Assembly: GCA_963664405.1 (NCBI GenBank)
Contig: OY761158.1
Span: 5,632,001 to 5,696,000, forward strand
Length of the DNA stretch: 64,000 bases
Reading direction: 5' to 3'
Source of the DNA: Thermoanaerobaculia bacterium
GTDB lineage: Bacteria; Acidobacteriota; Thermoanaerobaculia; Multivoradales; Multivoraceae
Shown: positions 53,937 through 63,842 of the stretch, piece by piece
How positions within the stretch are numbered: position 1 is the first letter of the stretch
Layout of the letters: the number at the start of each line of letters is the position of its first letter
The notes under the pieces: generated by a model
The model's database searches: none
Told to the model about the DNA's origin: nothing
Seen by the model: the letters and a program-made list of their open reading frames with translations, nothing else
Program-made: the position numbers and the translations under genes

Positions 53937-55202
53937 TTGGTCGATTCTGAGATCTCACTTCCCCCCCGGCGCCGCGTAGTGATTACCGGTGTCGGGCTGG
54001 TGTCTCCTCTCGGTGTGGGCACGCGACGAACCTGGGACGGCATCCTTACCGGTCGCAGCGGTATTGGCGAGCTCACCAAGATCGACCCGTCCGCGTACGC
54101 GACTCGTATCGCCGGAGAAGTACCCGGCTTCGACGTTAGTGAGTTCATGTCGCGCAAGGAGGCGAGACGCTTTGACGCCTTCATTCACTATGCGGTGGCG
54201 TCCACCAAATTCGCGCTAGAGGACGCTAAGTTCGAGATCACAGACGAGAACGACGAGCGTGTCGCCGTCATCATCGGCAGCGGTATCGGCGGCTTCCCTG
54301 TGATCGAGCAGACCAAAGAAGTTCTCGACGGTAGAGGCGCTCACCGAGTCTCCCCGTTCTTCATTCCGGGAGCGATCTCGAACATGGCGGCCGGACAGGT
54401 GTCGATTCAGTTCGGCGCCAAGGGCCCGAACAGTTGTCCGGTGACTGCTTGCACCACCGGACTCCATGCCATCGGCGACGCCCTCAGGCTCATCCAGCAT
54501 GGCTACGCCGATGCTGCGATCGCCGGCGGCACTGAGGGCGCAATGACGCCACTCGCCTTCGCCGGGTTCTGTTCGATGCGGGCGATGTCCCAGCGTAATG
54601 ACGAGCCTGAGCGGGCTTCCCGACCCTGGGATCGTGATCGTGACGGCTTCGTCCTCAGCGAAGGCGCCGGCATCGTCATCCTGGAGGAGCTGACCGCGGC
54701 CAAGGCCAGAGGAGCTCATATATACGCCGAGATCGTCGGCTATGGCATGAGCGCGGATGCGTACCATATTTCAGCTCCGCATCCGGAGGGCGACGGCGCC
54801 GTTCGGGTCATGCGCATCGCGATCAACGATGCTGGCCTCGAGCCCAAGGACATTGATTACATCAACGCGCACGGTACCTCGACGCCCCTCGGCGACGTGG
54901 CCGAAGTGCGGGCGATCAAGAGAGTGTTTGACGAGCACGCCTACAAGTTGGCGGTGTCCTCGACCAAGTCCTCGACCGGGCACCTACTCGGTGCTGCCGG
55001 CGGACTCGAAGCCGGCTTCCTGGCTCTGGCGATGGACCAGCAGATCCTGCCGCCGACCCTCAACCTCGAGAACCCGGACGAGGAGTGCGATCTCGATTTC
55101 GTGCCGGATATGGCGAGAGAGGCCGACCTTCGCTACGCTCTGACTAACTCTTTCGGCTTCGGCGGCACCAACGGCGCCTTGATTTTGGCCCGCACCGAGT
55201 AA
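53937..55202 (+). CDS. fabF: 3-oxoacyl-ACP synthase II
   Basis: RRVVITG.G, TACTTG, NAHGTST, KS.TGHLLGAAG, NSFGFGG.N. Confidence 0.98.
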   Translation: MVDSEISLPPRRRVVITGVGLVSPLGVGTRRTWDGILTGRSGIGELTKIDPSAYATRIAGEVPGFDVSEFMSRKEARRFDAFIHYAVASTKFALEDAKFEITDENDERVAVIIGSGIGGFPVIEQTKEVLDGRGAHRVSPFFIPGAISNMAAGQVSIQFGAKGPNSCPVTACTTGLHAIGDALRLIQHGYADAAIAGGTEGAMTPLAFAGFCSMRAMSQRNDEPERASRPWDRDRDGFVLSEGAGIVILEELTAAKARGAHIYAEIVGYGMSADAYHISAPHPEGDGAVRVMRIAINDAGLEPKDIDYINAHGTSTPLGDVAEVRAIKRVFDEHAYKLAVSSTKSSTGHLLGAAGGLEAGFLALAMDQQILPPTLNLENPDEECDLDFVPDMAREADLRYALTNSFGFGGTNGALILARTE

Positions 55203-55319
55203 CGCGCGGCCCGATTCGGTCTGTACTCCTTGTCGCGGTTCTCGGGGTCCCCGTGCCGGCGGCCGATCCGCGCGCCAACGAGGCACTCTTCGCCGATCCG
55301 GTACCTTCCCAGTGACTGA

Positions 55320-57536
55320 TCATCCTTCGGGATTGAGCCAGCGGTCGAAAAATCTCTCCATGCGCTCGAAGTAGTGGCGCTGGGCGCTCTCCTCGAATCC
55401 ATGTTTCTCGCCGGGGTAAAACGCTTGCTCGAAGGGCAGCCCTGCCTCGACCAACACTCGGCTCAATGCCACTGAGTTGTGGATATGCACGTTGTTGTCG
55501 CCGGTGCCGTGGACGAGGAGCAGAGGGTCTTCGAGAGCGGTTGCCCAGGTGATCGGTGACGACTCTCGATAGCCGTCGGCGTTGGTCTCGGGGTTGCCGA
55601 GGTAGCGCTCGGTCCAGAGGGCATCGTAGAGTTTCCAGTCGGTAACCGGCGCTCCGGCGACTGCTGCGCCCCAGGTTCCCGGGCTCTTGAAGATGGAGTA
55701 GAGCGTGTTGGCGCCGCCTCCGGACCAGCCCCAGAGGCCGATGTGCTCCGGGGCGACCCACGGCTGGCTTCGCAGGTATTCGACCGCGGCGAGTTGGGCC
55801 CGTAGCTCGAGCTCGCCGAAGCGGTGATGCAGCCGCTCGGCTCCGGCCTTGCCGAAGAAGATCGAGGCTTGGTTGTCGAGGTTGAAGATGATGAAGCCTC
55901 TCTGCGCCATGCGCATGCGCCAGAGGTCGGCAAGGGGTCGCGCCGAGGAGTTGTTTCTGACGGTCTGCGACCCGGGCCCGCCGTAGTGGTACATGATCAC
56001 GGGGTAGCGTCGAGCGGGATCGAAGTCGACGGGCGCGAGCATGCGGGCCGGCAGATCCACTCCATCGGGCCCTTCGATCTCGAGGAACTTCCACTGTGGC
56101 AGATCCCGACGGTCGTAGGCGGTGGCGAGCCGGTGGGGAAGGCTCAGACTCTGGCCTCCGACGCGTTCCAGGCGGGCTCGTGGAGAATGGTTGGCGGTGC
56201 TGTGGGTGATGACCCATTCGCTCCCTCGCGGGGAAACGGTCGCGACATTCCAGCCCGATTCGTCAGCCAGGACCTCGAGGCTCTCGCCGTCGAGAGACCC
56301 TCGGTAGAGCTGCCGGTCACCGGCGCCGAGATCGGCAGCACGAAAACCAGTGAAGAAGATGACCCCGGCTTCCTCGACCACGCGATCGAGGCGAGAGACG
56401 GCGACGCCGTCGGGGGAGATCGGGTGGAGAAGCGTGCCGTTCTCGTCGTAGAGATAGAGACGGCGCCAGCCGTCGCGGTCTGATCCCCAGATCACTCGGC
56501 CGCGCTCGAGCAGTGCGAAATCATCCTCGATGTCGACCCAGGTACTCTGGCGCTCGCGAAGAAAAACTCTGCAGCTACCGGTCGAGGGATCGCAGAGCAG
56601 AAGGTCCACCTCGGTCTGGTCTCTGGAGAGGCGGAGCACGGCGAGCCGGCTGCCGTCGGGGGACCAGAGGGTGCGAGCCAGATAGACGTTGTCGTCGTCA
56701 CCGCTGTCGATCCACGTCGTCTCAGCGCTGACGAGGTCGACTACACCGATACGCACACGCGGTATCTTCTCGCCCGGTTTCGGGTAGGGCTGATTTGTGA
56801 CCGGGGAGCTGATCGGGACGTCGTCGACAATGGGGTGAGTGGGGACTCCTTCTTCGTCGAAGCGTTGGTAGGCGATCCGCCTTCCGTCCGGGGACCACCA
56901 GAAGCCGATGGATCGCCGGTTCCAGATCTCTTCCCAGTACAGCCAGTCGGGCTTGCCGTTGAGCACCTCGCCTGGCTTTCCGTCGTCGGTGAGACGGCGC
57001 TCTTTGCCGCTGGTCAAGTTCAGAATCCACAGATCGGCGTTCCTCACGAAGGCGAGATGTGTCGAGTCGGGAGAGAAGCGCGCATCCTCGCTGCTCGCCT
57101 CGTTGGCGGTGAGCCGCAGGACCTCCTGGTCCGCGATCGTGTAGAGAAAGAGATCGCCGTCGTCTTTCAGGAGCAGGCTAGAGCCATCCGGCGACCACTG
57201 ATAGTCGGCGGTGGAGAGAGTACGCTCCTCGAAGTGCAGCTCGCCGTCTTCGAGTAAGCGTTCGGGCCTATCGGCGCCTTCTGGTAGGACCCACAGGTCT
57301 CGCGGGCCCGTTTCCGACCAGAGAAAAGAGAGGAGCTGCCCGCTCTCGGTCCAGACGATCTCGGAGGGGGCTCTAGCGTGCCCTTGGCGGTCGAAGATGG
57401 TCTCGAGTGAAAGCACTTCCTCTGCGCACTGTCCTGGCTGCGGCACGTTGGTGAGACTGACGGCGAGCGCGATGGCTGGCAGCAGCGGACCAGATCGAGG
57501 CCACCTCTTGGGCGGATCGACGATCCACGAAGGCAC
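55320..57536 (-). CDS. Dipeptidyl peptidase IV family (S9B) peptidase
   Basis: DPP-IV propeller (NG.PDW.Y.EE), YGGPGSQ, GWSGGG nucleophile, HGTGDNNVH, KHG. Likely GTG 57536 overlapping the upstream stop. Confidence 0.93.
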   Translation of the reverse strand: MPSWIVDPPKRWPRSGPLLPAIALAVSLTNVPQPGQCAEEVLSLETIFDRQGHARAPSEIVWTESGQLLSFLWSETGPRDLWVLPEGADRPERLLEDGELHFEERTLSTADYQWSPDGSSLLLKDDGDLFLYTIADQEVLRLTANEASSEDARFSPDSTHLAFVRNADLWILNLTSGKERRLTDDGKPGEVLNGKPDWLYWEEIWNRRSIGFWWSPDGRRIAYQRFDEEGVPTHPIVDDVPISSPVTNQPYPKPGEKIPRVRIGVVDLVSAETTWIDSGDDDNVYLARTLWSPDGSRLAVLRLSRDQTEVDLLLCDPSTGSCRVFLRERQSTWVDIEDDFALLERGRVIWGSDRDGWRRLYLYDENGTLLHPISPDGVAVSRLDRVVEEAGVIFFTGFRAADLGAGDRQLYRGSLDGESLEVLADESGWNVATVSPRGSEWVITHSTANHSPRARLERVGGQSLSLPHRLATAYDRRDLPQWKFLEIEGPDGVDLPARMLAPVDFDPARRYPVIMYHYGGPGSQTVRNNSSARPLADLWRMRMAQRGFIIFNLDNQASIFFGKAGAERLHHRFGELELRAQLAAVEYLRSQPWVAPEHIGLWGWSGGGANTLYSIFKSPGTWGAAVAGAPVTDWKLYDALWTERYLGNPETNADGYRESSPITWATALEDPLLLVHGTGDNNVHIHNSVALSRVLVEAGLPFEQAFYPGEKHGFEESAQRHYFERMERFFDRWLNPEG

Positions 57537-59209
57537 TACATCCTTCCGTAGTTGGGCCCGCCGCCACCCTCGGGCGTCACCCAGGTGATGATCTGGTACG
57601 GATCCATGATGTCGCAAGTCTTGCAGTGAACGCAGTTGGACGCGTTGATCTGGAGTCGGCGTCCGGTTGGCGAATCGCCATCGTCGACCATCTCGTACAC
57701 ATTCGCTGGGCAGAAGCGCTCACAGGGGTTGGCGTACTCCAGCGCACACTGGTGAATACACAGGTCGTTATCGGCAATGAGAAGGTGGACAGGCTGATCC
57801 TCTTCGTGGGAGGTGGCGGAGTTGTAGACATCGGCGAGCTTGTCGAAGGTGAGCTTGCCGTCGAAGTCGATAGCAGCCGGCTCCTGGGGCGCCGCAGAGC
57901 TTGTAATCCGTTCCATCTTGCGATGACCTGCCTCACTACGAAGCCGGTCGAAGATGCCCCAACCACGGCCCTGGGTAAGCATGCCAAGCCCTGCCTGAAT
58001 GATGCCACCGAGCGCGCCGTGATCGAAGGCCTGGTGGAAGTTCCGTACCTCTCGTAGCTCTTCTCCTGCCCAGCTCTCCTTTACACTGACTCCGAAAGAA
58101 GAGAGCGCGGCGCTCGAGTAATCGCCTTTCTCGAGCGCTTCGAAGAGGGTTTCGGCAGCGAGGATTCCCGATTTCATCGCCAAGTGAATTCCCTTGAGGC
58201 GCTGGCTGTTGAGGAAGCCCCCACTGTCGCCAATGATCAGGAAGCCGTCGCCGAACAAACGTGGCATGGACCACCAGCCTCCTTCCGGGATCGCCTTGGC
58301 GCCGTAGTACTGCATGCGCCCTCCTGCGAGCAGGTCGGCGATCGAGGGATGGGTCTTCCAGCGCTGGAACTCTTGATGCGGATCGAGATAGGGGTTGTTG
58401 TAGTCGAGCCCTACAACCAGGCCGACGATGAGGAGGTCGTCCTGCATCATGTAGGCGAAGCCACCGCCGAAAGTCTTCGAGTCCAGCGGCCAGCCCATGG
58501 TGTGGCGCACATGGCCGGGCCTTAACCGGCCCGGCGGGATCTCCCAGACCTCCTTGATACCCAAGGCATAGACCTGAGGATTACTGTCTTTGGACAGCGC
58601 GAGCTGGTGGTCGAGTTGGCCACTGAGGGTGCCGCGAGGGCCTTCGCCCAGGACCACGACCTTCGAATGAATATCGATCCCTGGCTCGTAGTTCGCCTTT
58701 TCCGCGCCGGCACGATCGAGCCCGTGGTCGCCGGTACGAACTCCGATCACGCGCTCGCCGTCAAGCAGGATCTCGCGGCCGGGAAACTCGCAGAATACGT
58801 CGACGCCGACCTCTTCGGCCTTCGATGCCATCCACTTGACGAGCTTGCCCAGCGATACGACGTACTTGCCTTCGTTCTCCAGCATCGGCGGAATCGGCAT
58901 CTTCAGGGCGCCGGACCGGGTCATGAAGAGGAGCTGCTCGTCCTCGACCTCGGCCTCGAGCGGCGCTTCTCGCCAATCTCGAGGGAAAAGCTCGCGTAGG
59001 CCGCGGGGGTCGAGAATCGCTCCGGAGAGTGCGTGGCTACCGATCTCCTTGCCCTTCTCCAGAACCGCGATGGACACCTCGATCGGTTCCGTTGCCGAGG
59101 TGTTGTGCTCCTGAATCAGACTACTGAGTCGGTAGGCGCCGGCCAGGCTGGCTGGACCGGCACCAACGAAAAGGAAGTCGATGTCAACAATCTCGCGGGC
59201 GTTGGTCAT
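57536..59209 (-). CDS. Electron transfer flavoprotein-ubiquinone oxidoreductase
   Basis: VGAGPA.L, EKG.EIG.H.LSGA, LGIKEVW, KGIHLAMKSG, C-terminal C..FCPA.VYE and CVHCKTC Fe-S motifs. Confidence 0.95.
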   Translation of the reverse strand: MTNAREIVDIDFLFVGAGPASLAGAYRLSSLIQEHNTSATEPIEVSIAVLEKGKEIGSHALSGAILDPRGLRELFPRDWREAPLEAEVEDEQLLFMTRSGALKMPIPPMLENEGKYVVSLGKLVKWMASKAEEVGVDVFCEFPGREILLDGERVIGVRTGDHGLDRAGAEKANYEPGIDIHSKVVVLGEGPRGTLSGQLDHQLALSKDSNPQVYALGIKEVWEIPPGRLRPGHVRHTMGWPLDSKTFGGGFAYMMQDDLLIVGLVVGLDYNNPYLDPHQEFQRWKTHPSIADLLAGGRMQYYGAKAIPEGGWWSMPRLFGDGFLIIGDSGGFLNSQRLKGIHLAMKSGILAAETLFEALEKGDYSSAALSSFGVSVKESWAGEELREVRNFHQAFDHGALGGIIQAGLGMLTQGRGWGIFDRLRSEAGHRKMERITSSAAPQEPAAIDFDGKLTFDKLADVYNSATSHEEDQPVHLLIADNDLCIHQCALEYANPCERFCPANVYEMVDDGDSPTGRRLQINASNCVHCKTCDIMDPYQIITWVTPEGGGGPNYGRM

Positions 59210-59325
59210 GGTGCTGAACTGGGCTCGATCTGGGAGGCGCGAGCCTACCATCTGGGCCGAGTGCGGCGGCCCGTCTTACCCGGGCGTACGTCAGATTTGT
59301 GAGATGAGGTGGTTGGGTGCGGCTG

Positions 59326-60690
59326 TTACGCAGTGTGTCGGCAGCGGTGTGTGGAGTTCCAGAACATCTCGAATCGGCCGCTGAGCCTCGCACAGCGCAG
59401 AGCCAGGATGGCGTTAGCGCCGTTGAGGCTCCAGTGCATCCCAGCGCGCTTGAGGCGGTGGCCGACGACGACCTTGCACCCGGCTTCAACGACGCCGGTC
59501 GAGGTGCAGAGCCCTTTGGCGCGGAAGCGATCGTAGCGCATACGGTGTTGGTTGCGTTGGAAGTACGCCGCCGCCTTGCGAGCCTCCTCACAGCTGGTCT
59601 GGTGCGTACGGAGGACTCCGAGAAGGGCGTCGAGGTCTCCGGCCTCGAGCTCGTCATAGCGCTGCCGAGCCCAGGCGGTGGCGAGGTCGCTGGAGGCTCC
59701 ATAGATCGCCCGCGCCACCTCGCTGAGGTGCTCCATGGCGTGGAAGAGGTCGACGATCTGGGTCGCTTTGGGAAAGAGCTCGTCGGCGAGATTCCAGATC
59801 CACAGTGCCCCATCGCCGAGGAAGACCTGGCGTCGGGCTCGATCGAAGCCTCGACGCTTCGCTTCGCGCTCGACTCGCTGCCAGAAGGGAGCCACGGTTG
59901 AGTTGAGTCCACGTCCTGAGTAGCCGCCGTCTCGATGGCGGCGGAGTAGCTCACCGAGCCCCGATCGCGCACCGGGCGGTCCTCGTCGTCGCGGGTTTCG
60001 GCGCTCCAGAGCGTACAAAGCTTCACCTCCCGGGTCTTGGCCGATCCGTCGGGCTGCTTGCCCGGGCGGCCGGTAAGCTCGCAGCGGCGCATCGGCACCC
60101 CGGTGCCGTCCACTCCCAGGTAGAGCGTCTGCGGGATGTGTGAAGACTCGACGGGCTCGATGACCTGTTGCTCGTAGGCCGCAATCTCGCGCCCCAAGGC
60201 CTCCGAGGTGCGCTCCACCTGTTTGGCGCCGACCTCGATCCCCGAAAGCTCCGAGAGAAGCTCGCTGCCCTCCTGGAAGCTCACCAGGGCACCGACGGTG
60301 CCCACCATCCGGGTGACGGCCGGCGACAGCGAGCGGCCTTCGAGACCCAGCACACGGTCGCGAGGGCAGAAGCCTTTCTGACAGTGCAGACAGTCGTAAT
60401 ACGCCCGCTCCAGGTGCATCGATCCGAGGACGGTCTCGAAGCGTTTGGCCCGACGACCGGCGTAGCGAGCCGTCTGAGCGCAGTCGCACGGCGCCGCCGC
60501 ACCGACGTGATCGGTGTGATCCGAATTGAGCCGCTGCTCCACTGCCCGTGCCGCCAGCTCGAGGGCCCGCCGGCGCGCGCTCGTCTCCAAGGCCTCGAAG
60601 TCGAGCGCCTCGAGCGCCTCTGGGCTGATCAGCGCCTCGACTTCGGTCGCGATCTCGGCCTCGAAAATCGTCTGGAGCCCCCTTTTTGCT
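59326..60690 (-). pseudogene. ISKra4-family DDE transposase, frameshifted
   Basis: N part (R.YY.C..C..G.CP.D, DGTGVP, KTREVK) and C part (GDGA.WIW, DLFHA.EHL, MRY, G.VEA.CK, RLK.AGM.W) lie in different frames; they rejoin if the duplicated GTTGA at 59897-59906 is removed. Confidence 0.88.
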
Positions 60691-61048
60691 CCTCCGGATC
60701 CTCCGCCCTTCGCAGTGCCGCGTCGCACAGCTGCTCGCTGATCTCGATCAGCTCCCGAGCCAGGCGCCGAAAGCGCCGGCACTCGTCAATCTGCGCTCTG
60801 GTGCGCTCGACGCCTGGGCCTGGGGGGATGACCTTGGTCACAGTCTTGCCCTCGACCCGGCGGGTGAGTGACCAGCTCGGGCCATGCCCCGGCTCGGAGG
60901 GCCGCGCACAGTGGCAGCCCGGCTTGCCGCACTTGCGGTAGCGTCCGACCAAAGATCCGGGGCGCATCTCGCCGATATTGCCCAGCAGCTCTCGCACTTC
61001 TCGGCGTCGCTTCTCTAGCTCGGCAAGGCGGGGCGGAGTGTCGGTCAT
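60629..61048 (-). CDS. IS accessory ORF (DUF6788-like)
   Basis: MRPGSL..YRKCGKP.C.C....GHGP...LT....GKT motif, immediately upstream of the transposase. Confidence 0.8.
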   Translation of the reverse strand: MTDTPPRLAELEKRRREVRELLGNIGEMRPGSLVGRYRKCGKPGCHCARPSEPGHGPSWSLTRRVEGKTVTKVIPPGPGVERTRAQIDECRRFRRLARELIEISEQLCDAALRRAEDPEEQKGGSRRFSRPRSRPKSRR

Positions 61049-61167
61049 GGCAGCCTCCATTCTGACAGTCTATAGAGCTGTCAGAACACTATCGCCAAGA
61101 CCTACGGAACGTCAACCCGGATCCAGCTCATCACTCTGGTGTCGTGCACCCGTCTTACCCCGTTCAC

Positions 61168-61198
61168 TTGACAGCGCGCGGACCCAACTGCTTAAATC
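61168..61198 (+). promoter_or_regulatory. Putative sigma70 promoter of the aro-his operon
   Basis: Perfect TTGACA at 61168-61173, then TG-C-TTAAAT (imperfect extended -10) about 18 bp downstream. Confidence 0.55.
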
Positions 61199-61207
61199 TG
61201 CGGCGCA

Positions 61208-61297
61208 ATGTTGGGCGTGAAGATCAACTACGCTGTTTCCCAGGCTGTTGCCCATGGTCTTTGGTGGGTCTGGGTGCATCCTCACGCCGAGGAATAG
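61208..61297 (+). CDS. Putative Trp/His-rich attenuation leader peptide (29 aa)
   Basis: MLGVKINYAVSQAVAHGLWWVWVHPHAEE*: three Trp and three His codons within 11 codons, upstream of amino-acid biosynthesis genes. Confidence 0.8.
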   Translation: MLGVKINYAVSQAVAHGLWWVWVHPHAEE

Positions 61298-61360
61298 GTC
61301 GGGATCCGAGTCCCGGCCATTGGCACCGGGACGAGAGAAGGCCGACACGACGGGCACTCC

Positions 61361-61391
61361 CTCCTTCCGGGTCTGGAAGGAGTTTTGTTTT
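61361..61391 (+). terminator. Attenuator terminator hairpin that also sequesters the downstream SD
   Basis: CTCCTTCC-GGGTCT-GGAAGGAG followed by TTTTGTTTT. Confidence 0.8.
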
Positions 61392-62877
61392 GGCAGATCG
61401 TGCTTCGCTTGTCGCGACGCTGACAGACGCCCCCGAGGTGGCTGACTTCGACAGTCTTCCACCGGGTGTCGATTGGGTCGAGGTGCGCGCCGATCTCGTC
61501 GGCGATGTTCCCGCCTCCTGGTTTCGCGACCGATGCGGCGCTCGCCTTCTGTATACCCTGCGCAGCCGTGCGGAGGGCGGGTCTTTTCGAGGTTCCCAGG
61601 CCGATCGACGCAAGCGGCTCGGTGTCGCTGCGCAGAGCTACGATCGGGTCGACTTGGAGGCGGACAGAGACCTGCAGGATGCTCTTCTGGCAGAGGTGCC
61701 ACCGGAGAAGAGACTACTGTCGTGGCATGGTCCTGGCCGTGAGAAGTCCGAGCTCGCCGAGATCTTTGATCGCATGTCCCAGGTGGACGCAGAGCTCTAC
61801 AAGATGGTGCCGATGGCGGGCGAGGCGTGTGAGGAGATCGCACCGTTGCAGCTCCTTGCGGAGCTGGGCCGGCGTGACGTTGTTGCCTTTTCGACGGGTG
61901 AGAGTGGCGCGTGGACTCGCTTTGTCGCTCCCTACCTCGGCGCGCCCGTGCTCTTCGGGGCCTGGGGGGCCGAGGCCGGCGCGCCAGGGCAGCCGTCGGT
62001 GAAACGGATCGAATCGGACTACCCCTTTCCGGATTTACCTCCGGTGGAGTGCATCTACGGCATCGTCGGCAGCCCGGTCACCCAGTCTCTCTCTCCGCGG
62101 ATGCACAACGCTTCTTACCGTGAGCACGGGCTTCCCGCGCTCTACGTTCCCTTCGGCGCCGCGAGCTTCGCGGATTTCTGGCTCGAGATCGTAGAGGGAG
62201 GCGTGCTGCCGGGCGTGGGGTTGCCGATTCGCGGGCTCAGCGTGACGGCTCCCTACAAGGCTTCGGCAGTCGCCGTTGCCGGAGCCCTGAGTCCGCTCGC
62301 GCAGCGTAGCGACAGTGTCAATACCTTGGTCTTGCGCGACGGCGTGTGGGAGGGCGAGACGACGGACCCTGAGGGTGTTCGTGGCGCCCTCGAAGCGGTT
62401 GGTGTCGCGCTCGCGGGGCGGCGGGTGGCGGTGCTCGGTTGCGGTGGCGCCGGGCGCTCGGTCGCCGTCGGCCTGGCCAATTACGGGGCAGAGGTAACGG
62501 TGGCGAATCGCAGCGTTGAAAAGGGTGAAAAGGTCGCAGCGACTTTGCAACTGCCATTCGCCAGTCTCGGAGATTTTGATCCCCACGGCTACGATGTGGT
62601 GGTCAATGCCACCGCGCTGGGGCACGAGGAGAACGACCCCCTTCCCTTCGACCCCACAGGCTTGCGCTCGGGCGCCGCCGTCGTCGACATGGTCTACTCG
62701 ACCGAACCGACGCCGCTACTGCGGGCGGTTCGCGATCTCGGTCATGTCGGAGTCGATGGTAGGGAGGTCTTGTTGCATCAGGCGCTGGCACAGTTCCCTC
62801 TGATGACGGGAGCGCAAATGTCTCTCGAAACGAGCCGTCGACTGCTCGGCTTGCCTCTCTCGGGGGAGCTCTCATGA
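61390..62877 (+). CDS. Bifunctional type I 3-dehydroquinate dehydratase / shikimate dehydrogenase (AroD-AroE fusion)
   Basis: E.RAD, YTLRSRAEGG, SWH, APGQ (AroD); G.PV..SLSP.MHN, SVTAPYK, VNT, LG.GGAGR, NR, VNAT (AroE). TTG 61390 follows AAGGAG. Confidence 0.93.
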   Translation: MADRASLVATLTDAPEVADFDSLPPGVDWVEVRADLVGDVPASWFRDRCGARLLYTLRSRAEGGSFRGSQADRRKRLGVAAQSYDRVDLEADRDLQDALLAEVPPEKRLLSWHGPGREKSELAEIFDRMSQVDAELYKMVPMAGEACEEIAPLQLLAELGRRDVVAFSTGESGAWTRFVAPYLGAPVLFGAWGAEAGAPGQPSVKRIESDYPFPDLPPVECIYGIVGSPVTQSLSPRMHNASYREHGLPALYVPFGAASFADFWLEIVEGGVLPGVGLPIRGLSVTAPYKASAVAVAGALSPLAQRSDSVNTLVLRDGVWEGETTDPEGVRGALEAVGVALAGRRVAVLGCGGAGRSVAVGLANYGAEVTVANRSVEKGEKVAATLQLPFASLGDFDPHGYDVVVNATALGHEENDPLPFDPTGLRSGAAVVDMVYSTEPTPLLRAVRDLGHVGVDGREVLLHQALAQFPLMTGAQMSLETSRRLLGLPLSGELS

Positions 62878-63842
62878 GGATCACTTCCGCATTCCCTACC
62901 GGAGTCACTGCACTCCTCTTCGAAGCTGCCGAACGGAGGCGCACTTACGAAGACTCGGCGGTGACCGAGTTGCGCAGCCGAGGCTTCGCCGAGGCGATCT
63001 TGCCGATTCTCGATTACTTCGATCCCTACGAAGGCTTGGTCTCGGATAGGGCGAGAGAAGAGCTCTATCGTTTTGTCGATCGCGACGGAGAGTTGTTGGC
63101 ACTGCGCGGTGACTTCACTCCGATGCTTGCCCGCGTTCTCGCGCCGCGTGTCGGCTCCTTGGAGCTGCCTCTCCGTTTGTTTTATCGAGGAGATCGTGTG
63201 CGCCATCAGGAGGAACGGCCGGGTCGCCTTCGTGAGTACTACGAGATGGGTGCGGAGCTTCTTGGCGTACCGGGTAGAGATGCCGACGAAGAAATGCTCG
63301 AGCTCTTTCTGCGCATCCTCTCTATACAATCAGGCCCCAGCCTCCGCGTGGTTCTCAGTTTTGCGGGCGCTCTGGATCGGCTTCTTCTGCAACAGCCTGC
63401 CGATTCACGGGCGGGTCTGTTGCAGGCGTTGTCACGACGCGATCGGCGGGTGGTGCGCCAGGCCGGTGCGACACTCCTCCAGGTCGTGGAGGAGGGCAGG
63501 CCGGTGAGCCCAGGAGACCTCGGCGACGAGGGCGCCCTCGGCCTCGCCAGCCTGGAGGAGCTGATCGCTAAGGTCCAGGCGGGCTGTGACGATCTCGAAG
63601 TGACCTTCAACATCGATCTGGCTGAGTTTGCCCAAGATACCCTCGACCCTGAGCTTGCCGCGGCTTCGGGCACCCCTCCCTACTACGATGGCCCGGTATT
63701 CAAGGCCTATGTCGAGGGCCAGGCACTTTCTGCAGGGAGAGGAGGGCGTTACGACCGCCTCTTTCGACGTCTCGGAGCGGACTTAGCGGCAGTGGGCTTC
63801 TCGGTCAGTCCCGATCGCATATTGGGGGGCTCGACGTCATGA
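62874..63842 (+). CDS. hisZ: ATP phosphoribosyltransferase regulatory subunit
   Basis: YRFVDRDGELLALR.DFT, RL.Y.G, RE....GAEL, YY.G..F, GGRYD; precedes hisG. Confidence 0.9.
   Translation: MRITSAFPTGVTALLFEAAERRRTYEDSAVTELRSRGFAEAILPILDYFDPYEGLVSDRAREELYRFVDRDGELLALRGDFTPMLARVLAPRVGSLELPLRLFYRGDRVRHQEERPGRLREYYEMGAELLGVPGRDADEEMLELFLRILSIQSGPSLRVVLSFAGALDRLLLQQPADSRAGLLQALSRRDRRVVRQAGATLLQVVEEGRPVSPGDLGDEGALGLASLEELIAKVQAGCDDLEVTFNIDLAEFAQDTLDPELAAASGTPPYYDGPVFKAYVEGQALSAGRGGRYDRLFRRLGADLAAVGFSVSPDRILGGSTS

Larger units (their letters stand above)
59282..61151 (-). mobile_element. ISKra4-family insertion sequence, 1870 bp
   Basis: 9-bp direct repeat GTCTTACCC at 59273-59281 and 61152-61160; imperfect TIRs GGGCGTACGTCA..GATGAGGTGG and GGGTGCACGACA..GATGAGCTGG. 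Confidence 0.9.

Noticed and set aside
61144-61389. N-terminal extension of AroD-AroE (577-aa call)
   Set aside because: It starts inside the IS end and crosses the promoter, leader peptide and terminator.
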